64,000 bases of DNA, from contig JBOEGF010000036.1 of assembly GCA_050633305.1 (NCBI GenBank), positions 64,001 to 128,000 on the forward strand, given 5' to 3'. The notes beneath the pieces were generated by a model, which saw only the letters and a list, made by a program, of their open reading frames with translations, was not told the origin of the DNA and searched no databases. Source of the DNA: Nannocystales bacterium. GTDB lineage: Bacteria > Myxococcota_A > Polyangia > Nannocystales > Nannocystaceae. This document shows positions 28,609 through 41,737 of this stretch, in pieces. The position numbers and the translations under genes are program-made. Position 1 is the first letter of the stretch, and each line of letters opens with the position of its first letter.

Positions 28609-29184
28609 GTGGCGAGTCTTCCCACGGTGTTGCGCCGACCGCTCGTGGTCGTTCTAGCCACCTCTGGAGTCCCGTACGTCGGACTTGTGGGCTTCTTGCT
28701 CTTCGAGCACTGGACCGTCGAGGCCATCACCCGTCCCGAGGGGGGGTTCTTTTCCATCCTGGCGGTCGTCGGAGGTCTCGTTCCTCTAACGGCGCTGGTG
28801 ATCGTGTTTCTCCGACTGGTGCGCGACACCTCCCGCTTCAGAGTCAGCGTCCTTCTCGAGTTGTATGCAGGGATGCTCGTGGTGTTCGCGAGCTTGGACT
28901 CACTCCTTCAATGTGCCGCCACCAAAGCCGCGTTCGCAGGCGCACCCATGCTCTGGGACGGGACGGCGCACTCACTCGCCGACCATATCGAACGGACCCA
29001 TGCCGTGTTCGGCACCATGCTCTACTTCAGCGTCGTCACCATGACGACGTTGGGGTTTGGCGACATCACGCCGGTCTCGGCTTCCGCCCGCGTTCTGACC
29101 GCTGCACAAGCCCTCTGCGGGGTGTCGTTCGTGAGCGTTTCGGTGGGTTACTACTTCGCGGTCTGCTCCTCCCGCCGATGCTGA
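28609..29184 (+). CDS. Potassium channel pore-domain protein
   Basis: YFSVVTMTTLGFGDITP selectivity filter with flanking TM helices. Confidence 0.8.
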   Translation: MASLPTVLRRPLVVVLATSGVPYVGLVGFLLFEHWTVEAITRPEGGFFSILAVVGGLVPLTALVIVFLRLVRDTSRFRVSVLLELYAGMLVVFASLDSLLQCAATKAAFAGAPMLWDGTAHSLADHIERTHAVFGTMLYFSVVTMTTLGFGDITPVSASARVLTAAQALCGVSFVSVSVGYYFAVCSSRRC

Positions 29185-29345
29185 AGGCTCGCAACACGAG
29201 CTGCGGTAACTCGCGGGACGAGGCCGAAACTGAGCCAGTGGTCGACTGGGTCACCCTGCGCGCGGACGTAGCCGCAGGTTCTGCGCGCAGGCCGAAAGAC
29301 GTTCTCGGACGAACCGTTCGCCGCTTCACATCGTATCGTTCGCGT

Positions 29346-30431
29346 ATGGCTCGCCCCTGCCTGATCTTCCTCGCTCTGGCCATCGGTTGTTCGGCGGAGG
29401 TCGAGTTGCGGGTGTTCGGTGAGGCGTATGCCGAGCAGGGCATCGAACCGGACGAGGTTGTCGGCGGATGGGCCCTCGAGTTTTCTGAACTCGTCGTCTC
29501 GCTCGACGACGTGCGATTGTCCCCGCAGGGGGAGGTTGGCGATGGAGGCTATGTCTTCGATCTGGCAGCCGATTCATCACGTCGCGGGCACTTGCTTGCC
29601 ACAACGGACGCGGGGCTCGGATCGGTGAACATGGCCCATTTCAGAGTGGCGATGCCCACACAGGTCGTGGGCGGCAATGCGACTGCACAGCAGATTGAGC
29701 GGATGCGCTTAGAGAAACTCGCGTTTTGGGTCAGCGGCAGGGCGTCTCGTATGGGCGAGGACGTCTTGTTTGCATGGGGGATCCCGGCCGATATTTCCTA
29801 CGACTGCCCCCTGAGCACCGACGTCGCAGCGGGTGATGTGGCGAGGGTCGAGCTCACGATGCACGCTGACCACCTCTTCGTTGATGATCTCGAAGTGGGC
29901 GCTGAAGTGGCGTTCGATGCGATCGCAGGTGCAGACTCGAACAGTGACGGCTCGGTCTCGGCTGCCGAACTCGGGCAGGTGTCGCTGGCCGGGCTCGCTC
30001 GTTATCAAACCGGAGGACGCCGCGACATCGACACCCTGTGGAAGTTCATCGGGGCCGCTTCGCTGACGATGGCGCATGTGGACGGCGAGGGGACCTGCAC
30101 GCCGAGGCTCGTCCCGGACGCGTTTGCGGATCCCACGCCTGCGCCAACCGACCCGCCTCGGGCGATGGCGCTGTACGCCGAGCACTGTGCGTCATGCCAC
30201 GGCGACGAAGGCCGCGGCGATGGTCCCGGCGCCGCCGGGGTCCTGCCGGCAGCGACGGACCTCACCGCGCTCCGGGGCGAAGCGTCGACGCTGCCCTACA
30301 TTGCGTTCCGGATTGCGGTCGGTGGCGCGATGTTCCCGTACGCGTCGAGCATGCCGGGGTACGCCGATTCGCTCGACGCGACGGACCGAGGGTTGCTCGC
30401 GGACTACGTCGCGGGGCTAAGCGGTCCTTGA
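29346..30431 (+). CDS. Lipoprotein with EF-hand-like loop and C-terminal monoheme cytochrome c
   Basis: Lipobox LAIGC; DSNSDGSVSAAE; CASCH...SMP; real start at ATG 29346, not 28287. Confidence 0.8.
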   Translation: MARPCLIFLALAIGCSAEVELRVFGEAYAEQGIEPDEVVGGWALEFSELVVSLDDVRLSPQGEVGDGGYVFDLAADSSRRGHLLATTDAGLGSVNMAHFRVAMPTQVVGGNATAQQIERMRLEKLAFWVSGRASRMGEDVLFAWGIPADISYDCPLSTDVAAGDVARVELTMHADHLFVDDLEVGAEVAFDAIAGADSNSDGSVSAAELGQVSLAGLARYQTGGRRDIDTLWKFIGAASLTMAHVDGEGTCTPRLVPDAFADPTPAPTDPPRAMALYAEHCASCHGDEGRGDGPGAAGVLPAATDLTALRGEASTLPYIAFRIAVGGAMFPYASSMPGYADSLDATDRGLLADYVAGLSGP

Positions 30432-30462
30432 CAAGGCATCCGGGGTGCGACAAGTTGTCGCA
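30428..30462 (+). promoter_or_regulatory. -35 TTGACA followed by a perfect palindrome TGCGACAA-G-TTGTCGCA (putative repressor operator)
   Basis: TTGACA at 30428-30433; 8-1-8 inverted repeat at 30446-30462 covers the expected -10 and reaches the ATG. Confidence 0.6.
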
Positions 30463-30863
30463 TGATGGATGCGGCACCCCTACGACTCCAGCGCTGGCCA
30501 ATGTTGGTCGCCGCGCTGATGGCCGTGGTGCTGCTCCTGAGCGCGGGTTGGGCAGGGTCGTGGGCCTGTGAGATGGGCGGCTCGAGCGGGTGTGCGTGTC
30601 CGTGCGGGAGCGAGGCGCCCGAGGCGATGCCTCGAGACGCCGCCCAGCGCCCGCGCTGTTGCGCATCCGAGGACTCCACAGACGTGGTGGTCGCCGGGGT
30701 GGTTGGCGAATCGTTTGAGCCGTGGGTGCCGGATGCACGCGTCTCCCCAACACCGCGGAGGTTTGTTTCGGTGCTGCGCTCCGGTTTGCCGAGGCCGGGG
30801 GCGAGCCGAGCTCCGCCGCGGAAGACGTCGGTGTTCCTGAGTCATCAGGCGCTGCTGCTCTGA
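30462..30863 (+). CDS. Small exported Cys-rich leader protein with RAPP motif (DUF2946/CutF-like)
   Basis: Hydrophobic N-terminus; CACPC and CC; RAPP at 30807-30818; directly upstream of the tolC-cusB-cusA-copA genes. Confidence 0.6.
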   Translation: MMDAAPLRLQRWPMLVAALMAVVLLLSAGWAGSWACEMGGSSGCACPCGSEAPEAMPRDAAQRPRCCASEDSTDVVVAGVVGESFEPWVPDARVSPTPRRFVSVLRSGLPRPGASRAPPRKTSVFLSHQALLL

Positions 30864-30947
30864 GGGACGTCGTCGCCGAATGTCGCGACCGCGGTGACCT
30901 CTGGTCGTCCGCGCCTTCACGTTTTCTCGTGTCTCCAAGGACTCTCC

Positions 30948-32363
30948 ATGACCTTCTTTGGCCGCTGCCGTGGCCTATACATTCTCGGATCGCTCTCCGC
31001 GGCTCTGCCCGGGTGCGGGTCCACATCGCCGCAACTCGCTCGAGAGCTTCACGCCGTCGAAACGACGCTCGCCGAGCCCGTGTCCCAAGAGGACACTAAG
31101 GCTGCCTCCGGGGAATTCGACGGCACCCTCGGCGGGTACTTGGCGTACGCCTATGCCCACAGCCCTGCGCTGCGGGCGAGCTTTGAGACCTGGCGCGCGG
31201 CGACGTTCCGCCCCGATCAAGAGCGCCGCCTGCCCGAGCCCACGATCTCCTATGCGGTCTTTTTGCGGAGCGTGGAGACGCGGGTCGGTCCGCAGCGACA
31301 TCGATTCGGAGCCTCGCAGTGGTTCCCGTGGCCCACCAAGCTGCGGGCCGGGAGCGACGCCGCGGAACTCGAAGCCCAGGCCGCCCAGCGCAGGTTCGAG
31401 GGCCATGCTCTGTACATCGCCGCCGACGTTTCGGCAGCGTACTGGACCCTGTGGCGCCTGCATCGGCAGGCCGAGGTGCTGCGCGATGAGATCGACGTGT
31501 TGCAGAGCCTGTCCGAGCAGGTTCGAGGCCGCCTTTCTGTCGGTGCGGCCGAGCTTTCGGACCTCGCGCAGATCGACCTGATGGGCTCCCAGGCTCGGGA
31601 CCGGCACGCAAGCGTGCTCGAGCGTCAGCGGGTCGCGAGCATTCAGCTCGTGCGCGTGCTGGGCGCGCCGGACGACACTCCGACGCCGGTCAGTCGGCGG
31701 GAGCCCGAGGTCGCGGGGTTGGCTGAAACGCCCCAGGAACTTCGTGCGGCGGCGGCCGAGCATCCCGATGTGCAAACCCTGGCCACGCTCTCCGACGCTG
31801 CGGGGCAGCGCGAGCGTCAGGCTCGAGCCGAGCGGGCGCCGAGCTTCGGGGTGGGGGTGGATTGGATTCTCACAGGGGAGGCCCCGGCCAACCCAGGCCC
31901 TGCGGACAGCGGAAAGGACGCCGTCGCGCTTACCTTCTCGATGAAGGTACCGCTGTGGTCCCGGGCTTACAAAGCCGGCGAGGCGGAGGCTCGTGCCCGA
32001 GGGGCTGCACTGCGCTCTAGGGCCCTCGATGCCCGCAACGGCGTTGCGGCTCAGGTCGGCGAGCGTGCGGCGCTGGTGGACGACGCTGTCCGCCGGGTCG
32101 AGTTCTACGGCAGCACGCTGATCCCACAGGCCGAGACCACCTTCGAGTCCGTCTTGGCCAGCTTTGCGTCCAGCCGCGCGACAGTGGCTGAGCTCCTGCT
32201 TGCGGAGCAGGCGCTCTTGGGCCTTCGCGGGGAGCGGTTCGCTGCGCAGGCCGACTACGGAACCGAACTGGCCCGGCTCGAGCGCGCCGTTGGCCGGCCG
32301 GTTCGCACCTCCGCTCCCACATCTCCAACACCCAAGGCAGTTTCCGATGACGAACAACGTTGA
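30948..32363 (+). CDS. TolC-family outer-membrane efflux lipoprotein (CusC-like)
   Basis: Lipobox LPGC; LPEP, QWFPWPTKL, KVPLW, LERAVG; upstream of MFP and RND genes. Confidence 0.88.
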   Translation: MTFFGRCRGLYILGSLSAALPGCGSTSPQLARELHAVETTLAEPVSQEDTKAASGEFDGTLGGYLAYAYAHSPALRASFETWRAATFRPDQERRLPEPTISYAVFLRSVETRVGPQRHRFGASQWFPWPTKLRAGSDAAELEAQAAQRRFEGHALYIAADVSAAYWTLWRLHRQAEVLRDEIDVLQSLSEQVRGRLSVGAAELSDLAQIDLMGSQARDRHASVLERQRVASIQLVRVLGAPDDTPTPVSRREPEVAGLAETPQELRAAAAEHPDVQTLATLSDAAGQRERQARAERAPSFGVGVDWILTGEAPANPGPADSGKDAVALTFSMKVPLWSRAYKAGEAEARARGAALRSRALDARNGVAAQVGERAALVDDAVRRVEFYGSTLIPQAETTFESVLASFASSRATVAELLLAEQALLGLRGERFAAQADYGTELARLERAVGRPVRTSAPTSPTPKAVSDDEQR

Positions 32364-34317
32364 CCCTGAGACTTCGGATGATGACGGACCGGCGCCTGCG
32401 GAGCGAGCGGATTCACTCGACGCCGGTCCTGAAATCCCGCCAACACCCGGCGCGCAGGCGCCGGCCGAGTCCGGCGGGCTGATGCGGGCGCTGGTGTTCA
32501 CCGCGGTTGGCTTCGGCCTCGGTGCGGGGGCTCTAGCGTTGTTCTCGCCCGGCGAGGAGTCGAAAGACGAAACGCACGCCCATGGCGAAGCGTCGGACGT
32601 CGCGACGACCTGGACCTGCTCGATGCACCCACAGATTCAGCTAGCTGAGCCGGGGCAATGCCCGATCTGCGGGATGACACTGATCCCAGTCTCGAACGAC
32701 GCGGGCGACGACCTGGCTCTGGCGGCCGACCGCATCGTGCTCTCGGAGCGGGCACGAGTTCTGTCAAAACTGACCACGGCCAAGGTCCGTCGTCAGGCGC
32801 ATGCGACGGCCGACCTGCGACTTCTGGGAAGAATCGAGCCCAACGAGGCCTCGCTCAAGACCGTGACGTCTTGGATCGGCGGACGCATCGACAAACTACG
32901 GGTGAGGGAAACCGGTAAGCGTGTCCGTAAGGGGCAGGTCATCGCGACGCTCTATAGCCCAGAGGTCTTTGCGGCCCATCAAGACCTGCTCGTTGCGAAG
33001 CGGCAGGTCGATCGGATGCGGGACAGCCCGGAGACCTCTCGTTGGGCCGCCGATGCTGCCCTCGACGCCGCTCGCGAGAGACTCGCGTTGCTCGGTGTTC
33101 CTGACGCCGAGGTCACCCGGATGGAAGGCCAGAAGAAGCCAACCCGTGCGGTGGCGATCCGCTCTCCGTTCTCGGGCACGGTGATCGAGCGCATCGCCAC
33201 CGAGGGCGTGTACATCACGACCGGTGCATCGCTGTATCGCATCGCCAACCTGAACACGCTTTGGGTGCAGCTCGATGCCTACGAAAGCGATCTGGCCCGG
33301 CTCTCGCTCCAGCAGACGGTGCAGGTCTCGGTGGAGGCGGTGCCTGACGAAGTGTTTGAGGGCACCGTCACGTTCATCGACCCGATCCTCGATGCGAAGC
33401 GCCGCACGGCGCGGGTTCGTGTACAGCTCGACAACCGCGATGGCCGCCTTCGGCCCGGTATGTTCGCCGAGGCCACGGTCGCAACGAAACATCCCGAGGG
33501 CTCGCCCACGCCGCTGGTCGTTCCCTCGACCGCGCCGCTGTTCACCGGTCGGCGCGCAGTGGTCTACGTGGAGGTGGAGACCGAGGCTCGCCTTGTCTAC
33601 GAGGCTAGAATCGTTCGGCTCGGGCCCAGGCTTGGCAAGTTCTACCCGGTCGTGGCGGGCCTCTCCGAGGGCGAGAGGGTCGTGACGCGAGGTGCTTTTG
33701 CGCTCGACGCCGACCTCCAGATTCGGGGTGGGGCCAGCATGATGACCTCCGCGGACGACAGCGAAGAGGGGATCTGGGACCGCGTTGTCGAGCTATCCGA
33801 CGAGCAGCGACAGGAACTCGCCCCGGTTGTCACTGCGTATCTGGCCGTCCAGGTGGCGCTTGCCGACGACGACCTGGAACGAGCCAAGACCTCCGCGGAA
33901 GTGCTCTCCGATGCGGTCGTCGCGGTGAAGATGACGCGCCCGACGGAGGCCAGGGAGGCGTGGTCGGAGAGCTCGGTCGCGCTGCGTGGTCACGGGCAAC
34001 ATGTCTCCAAGGCACAGACGCTCGAAGATGCTCGAGCGGGGTTTGAGCCCCTGAGCGAGGCCGTCATTGGGCTGATGGGTCGATTTGGAAACCCGCTCGA
34101 GGGGGCAGTCCACCTGGCACACTGCCCGATGGCTTCACAGAACGAGGGCGCGCTTTGGTTGCAGCAGGGCACCGTGCTCGACAACCCGTACTTCGGTGCC
34201 TCCATGTTGGACTGCGGTGAGATTCGGAAGGAGGTTGGCCCGGGCGCCTACCTCAGGCCCCCCTCCGCCAGGGCGGCCAGGGCCGGGCGACCGGCCGCGG
34301 GAGGGCATCAACATTGA
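32347..34317 (+). CDS. cusB: CusB-like RND adaptor with heavy-metal-binding domain and DUF3347-like C-terminus
   Basis: WTCSMHPQI...CPICGM; GRIDKL, YSPE, LRPGMF; C-terminal HCPMA...NPYFGASMLDCG. Confidence 0.9.
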   Translation: MTNNVDPETSDDDGPAPAERADSLDAGPEIPPTPGAQAPAESGGLMRALVFTAVGFGLGAGALALFSPGEESKDETHAHGEASDVATTWTCSMHPQIQLAEPGQCPICGMTLIPVSNDAGDDLALAADRIVLSERARVLSKLTTAKVRRQAHATADLRLLGRIEPNEASLKTVTSWIGGRIDKLRVRETGKRVRKGQVIATLYSPEVFAAHQDLLVAKRQVDRMRDSPETSRWAADAALDAARERLALLGVPDAEVTRMEGQKKPTRAVAIRSPFSGTVIERIATEGVYITTGASLYRIANLNTLWVQLDAYESDLARLSLQQTVQVSVEAVPDEVFEGTVTFIDPILDAKRRTARVRVQLDNRDGRLRPGMFAEATVATKHPEGSPTPLVVPSTAPLFTGRRAVVYVEVETEARLVYEARIVRLGPRLGKFYPVVAGLSEGERVVTRGAFALDADLQIRGGASMMTSADDSEEGIWDRVVELSDEQRQELAPVVTAYLAVQVALADDDLERAKTSAEVLSDAVVAVKMTRPTEAREAWSESSVALRGHGQHVSKAQTLEDARAGFEPLSEAVIGLMGRFGNPLEGAVHLAHCPMASQNEGALWLQQGTVLDNPYFGASMLDCGEIRKEVGPGAYLRPPSARAARAGRPAAGGHQH

Positions 34318-37300
34318 ACGCTGATCTTCAGCCCGACGGCGACGCACCGCGTGATGCTTGGGAGGCACTCATCGGGTGGTTCGTCGAGAACAAGCTCATC
34401 GTGTTTCTGCTTGCGACGATGCTCGTCGCCGGCGGCATCTACGTGGCGCCTTTCTCATTCGACAGTGGTTCGATGCCCCGCGATCCGGTCCCTGTGGATG
34501 CCATTCCGGACATCGGCGAGAACCAGCAGATCATCTTCACGCAGTGGGAAGGACGCTCCCCTCGAGACATTGAAGACCAGGTCTCGTACCCGCTGACGAC
34601 GGCGTTGCTCGGAATTCCCGGGGTGCGAACGATCCGTAGCTCGTCGGCTTTTGGCTTCTCGACGATCTCGATCATTTTTAGCGATGACGTCGAGTTCTAC
34701 TGGTCACGCTCACGCGTGCTGGAGAAGTTGGCGTCTCTGCCGCCGGGGACCGTCCCGGACGGGGTCACGCCCACGCTCGGCCCCGATGCGACTGCCTTGG
34801 GGCAGATCTTTTGGTACACGCTCGAGGGCCAGGACCCGGAAGGACGAGCCGTCGGCGGCTGGGACCCCGACGAACTCCGGAGCATCCAGGACTGGACCGT
34901 CCGCTACGCGCTGCAGTCTGTCGAGGGCGTCAGCGAGGTGGCCTCGGTCGGCGGGTTTGTGCGGGAGTACCAAGTCGACGTCGACCCCGAGGCGATGCGG
35001 GCACACGGCGTCACGCTCGCCCAGGTGGCGGGCGCGGTCCGCAACAGCAACCTCGATGTCGGCGCTCGCACGCTCGAGGTCAACAACGTCGAGTACATGG
35101 TGCGCGGGCTCGGGTTCATCAAGACGCTCGAAGACTTGGAGGCAACCGTCGTCGTCGCTCGCGAGCACACGCCCATCCGGGTTCGAGATGTTGGGCGGGT
35201 TTCGATGGGTCCAGCGCTGCGACGCGGAGCGCTGGACGACGAGGGAGCCCCGGCTGTGGGCGGCGTGGTCGTTGCGCGCTACATGGAGAATCCGTTGGCG
35301 GTCATATCGGCGGTCAAGGAGAAGGTCGAGCAGATTCAAGCGGGCCTGCCCAGCCGCACCCTCGAAGACGGCACGGTCAGCAAGGTCACTGTCGTTCCGT
35401 TCTACGACCGGACCACGCTGATCGAAGAGACCCTCAGCACGCTCTCTACCGCGCTTTTTCAGGAGATCCTCATCACCGTCATCGTGGTGTTGGTCATGTT
35501 GCGAAACATGCGCAGCTCGATGTTGATCTCGATGATGCTTCCGCTGGGGGTTCTCGCGGCCTTCGTCGCGATGAAGCTTTCCGGGGTGGATGCCAACATC
35601 ATGGCCCTGGGCGGCATCGCGATCGCCATCGGGACGATGGTCGACATCGGCATCGTCTTCGTCGAGAACATCAGCCAGCACCTCGAAGATGCCCCGCCCG
35701 GAGCCTCGCGGGCGGTCGTGGTGCGCCGAGCCGCAGCCGAGGTCGCGCCGGCGGTCGTCACCTCGGTGCTCACGACGGTGGTAAGCTTCCTGCCCGTCTT
35801 CGGCCTTTCCTCCACGGAACTACGGCTGTTCGGACCACTCGCGTTCACGAAGACGTTTGCGATGGGCGGAGTCCTTCTGCTTGCGTTGCTCGTGCTCCCT
35901 GGTGCTGCGCTGGTCGTGTTTCGCGAGCGCCCCACTGCGCCAGTGACCTCGAGCACGGGCATTCGCCGCGTCGCTCGGTCACTGTTCCGCGCCGAGCATG
36001 CACGGGATTGGGTCCTGCTCGGGTTGGGGGGCCTGCTTCTTCCATATTCGTTGCTGGGAGGCTCCTTCGTGCTCGGGCTCGGGCTCTATCGCCTCGCGCG
36101 ACCGCTGCTGAATCGCAGGGTGAGCCGCGGCATCACGGTGGCTGAGAACCTGCTTGCCATCATCGCGGTGACCTTCTTGCTCGCCGAAGATTGGCTCCCG
36201 CTGGGCCGGGGGGAGGGGCTCGCGGCCAACGTCCTCTTCGTCGGAGGCCTCATCCTGCTGGTGATGGGCACTTTCCGGCTGTTCGAGTCGGTCTACCCGC
36301 GGTTGCTGTCGGCCATCTTGCGACACAAAGCAGTGTTCCTGCTGATTCCAGCGTCGATGGTGTTGTTTGGAACCACCGCCTGGCTCGGCTTCGACACCCT
36401 GTTCGGCCAGCTCCCGCAGGAGATTCGCACGACAAAACCGGTGTCGGCGGTGGCGCATGCGTTCCCGGGGTTTGGGCGGGAGTACATGCCGCCCTTCGAC
36501 GAGGGCTCGTTCCTGTACATGCCCACGACGATGCCGCACGCATCGATGGGAGAGGTCCTCGAGCAGCTCTCGGGAATCGACGCGGCGATCGCTCAGATCC
36601 CCGAGGTTGATCGCGTGGTGGGGAAACTCGGCCGCGCCGACACGGCGCTCGATCCTGCGCCGCTGTCGATGTTGGAGACCGTCATCACCTACGTTCCCGA
36701 GTACAAGGTCGCCGAGGACGGGTCCCGCGTTCGGCAGTGGCGCGACCATATTCGGTCGCCCGCGGATATCTGGACCGAAATCGTTGCCGCGGCCGAGCGT
36801 CCCGGTGTCACCAGTGCCCCGACGCTCATGCCGATCGGTGCACGCATCGTGATGCTGCAGAGCGGCATGCGGGCTCCGATGGGGATTAAGGTGCACGGCC
36901 CGACGCTCGAGGCGATCGAGGCGTTTGGGCTGCGCCTCGAAGAGGTTCTTCAGGGCGTGCCGACGATCCGTCCGGAGACCGTGTTCGCAGACCGGGTAGT
37001 CGGGAAGCCCTACCTGGAGATCGAACTCGACCGGGAGGCGATCGGCCGATTTGGATTGACCATCGTCGACGTACAGAACGTTCTGCAGGTGGCCTTGGGA
37101 GGCATGACCCTCACCCGCACCGTCGAGGGGCGAGAGCGCTATCCGGTGCGGGTCCGCTACATGAGGGAGGAGCGCGACAGTCTGGAGGCCCTCGACAGCG
37201 TCTTCGTGCCGGCCGCAGGTGGGGAACAGATCCCGTTGAGCCAGCTGGCCCACATCCAGTACGTGCGAGGTCCTCAGGTCATCAAGTCCGAGGATACGTT

Positions 37301-38082
37301 CTTGACCAGCTACGTCCTGTTTGACCGACAGCCTGACATCGCAGAGGTCGCGGTGGTCGAGCAGGCGCAGCAAATGATCGAAGCGAAGATCGAAAGCGGT
37401 GAACTCGAGGTCCCCGCGGGGGTCAGCTACGAGTTTGCGGGTTCCTACGAGAATCAAATTCGCAGCGAGAAACGGCTGATGATGTTGATCCCCATCGCGC
37501 TGGCGTTGGTCTTCATCCTGCTCTATCTGCAGTTCCACCGAGTCGCGACAACGGCGATCATCTACACCGGCGTCGCGGTCGCGGTCTCGGGTGGATTCAT
37601 CCTGCTGTGGCTCTACGGTCAGCCATGGTTTCTGGACTTCGAGCTGCTGGGAACGCCGATGCGGGATCTGTTTCAGGTCCGCACGATCAACATGTCCGTC
37701 GCGGTGTGGATCGGGTTCATCGCGTTGGTCGGCATCGCGACCGATGACGGCGTGGTGATCTCCACGTACCTCAAGCAGCGCTTCGAGCAGGACCCGCCCA
37801 AAACGGTGATGGAGGTCCGGCGACGGACGCTCGAGGCTGGGTCCAGGCGTGTCCGGCCGTGTTTGATGACCACCGCAACCACGATCCTAGCACTCCTGCC
37901 GGTGATCACATCCCAGGGCCGCGGTGCCGACATCATGATGCCGATGGCGCTGCCGTCCGTGGGCGGGATGGCCATCGAGCTGCTCACGCTGTTTGTCGTG
38001 CCGGTCCTGTACTGCGCTGTCGAAGAGCGCCGGCTCGCCAAGCGCCTTCGTTCCACTCAACCATTTCCCGAGGAGACGCCTG

Positions 38083-38090
<8 letters not shown>
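34314..38090 (+). CDS. cusA: CusA/CzcA heavy-metal RND efflux transporter
   Basis: [48 protein letters not shown]. Confidence 0.95.
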
Positions 38091-40512
<2,422 letters not shown>

Positions 40513-40552
40513 CCGAGTCCCGGGTCGATGCATGTCGCCACGGAACGCCGGT

Positions 40553-40828
40553 TCACTTGTCGAATCTGCGATAGAGCGGGACGAAGATGAACGCGAAGTA
40601 CCAGCCGTAGAGGTACGATTCAGCGAGCCCGATGAAGAAGCCCGGGAGCGTGAGCCACTCGAAGCCCGGCAACAGCGGCGACCACGCGGTGTGCATGTGG
40701 AGACTTTCGGGCATCGCCAACCCGAACGCGATGCAGACCAGATATGAAATGCCGAGGAATGACGCCATCGCGTGTCCCAGTGGTTGGATTTGGAGGCCGT
40801 GGTTCGCGGTGGCTTCGTTGTTCGTCAT
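40553..40828 (-). CDS. DUF5676-like small membrane protein
   Basis: SYLVC...LHMH..W..LLPGFEWL..GFFIGLAES..YGWY; GGGAG RBS. Confidence 0.75.
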   Translation of the reverse strand: MTNNEATANHGLQIQPLGHAMASFLGISYLVCIAFGLAMPESLHMHTAWSPLLPGFEWLTLPGFFIGLAESYLYGWYFAFIFVPLYRRFDK

Positions 40829-41737
40829 CTCGTTCTCCCTGCGAGTTCGGCGCTCGAGGTCAGCCGAATGTAGATGTTGTAGTCGTATTTGGCGCCCACG
40901 CAGCGAGGATATGACCGATGCTCTTGCGCGGTCTTGTGACCTCATCGGTTACATGCGGGTAGGTGTCTTCGTCTGGACTCCGGGCAGGGCATCGGGACGA
41001 AGAACGGCGCGAAGAGGCGCCGAGTTCACTACGTGCAGGCGGCCTCTCCCCCCGATAGCATCGAACACCGGCCCCTCTCGCGCTAGATTTAGGGTCGGAG
41101 CCAACTTGATGCTGTTCTACGCGACAACCGTAGGCCGCACCCACCGGCGAACCTGATGAGCGACTGCCCACAGCTTCTCGATCCCGTCGAAGGAGGGCCA
41201 CGATTTCGGCCAATCCTCTGCGCCAAGCTCTTTGCTGAGCAGTTCCCCGATCGCCGCCACAAGCAGCTCCCCAGCACGGTGCCGATCGCGCTGCCCCACC
41301 GCTGAATGGGATCCATCGCCGGCATCGCGACGAACGGGCCGACCATCTGCAGCATCAGCTTCCACCCCATCGACCGATCCCCGGGTGTTCGCTTCGCGCG
41401 GACGGTTTCCCCGTCGACGAGCAGGACGCTGCCCGCCCCCCACCGCTCATGCGCAAGCACATCAACATCCAGGGCGCCACGCGTTCGCTGCTCGGCAGAC
41501 GCCTTCGAGCGCTTCAGAGCCCAGAGCGAGAACTCAACGATATATGGCGGTCACGATGTATAGCGGTCACGGCGCCGCTTTGCGCCGGATTCGGTTCCGG
41601 TGTTCCCCATGGCCCGAAACCGAGGCCTTCAGGCTGAAGGCTGCGTCAGTCCATCCCAGCCCGCTGCAAGCCTGTGGGAAGCGCGCTACGGTCAGAAACC
41701 CCGCAGGCCGGCTCCGCGTGGGCTCTAATCCAAACCG

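Noticed and set aside
28287..29345. 714-aa cytochrome fusion ORF
   Set aside because: The first 353 codons are Arg-rich off-frame overlap of the regulator and channel genes; the lipoprotein signal begins at 29346.
30975..37538. Long minus-strand ORFs (508, 323 and 519 aa)
   Set aside because: Antisense shadows of tolC/cusA, typical of high-GC DNA.
40860..40890. CopY-like box upstream of the DUF5676 gene
   Set aside because: GACTACAACATCTACA lacks the TACAnnTGTA symmetry.
41089..41560. Overlapping minus-strand ORF pieces
   Set aside because: Possibly a decayed gene, but no family is recognisable.
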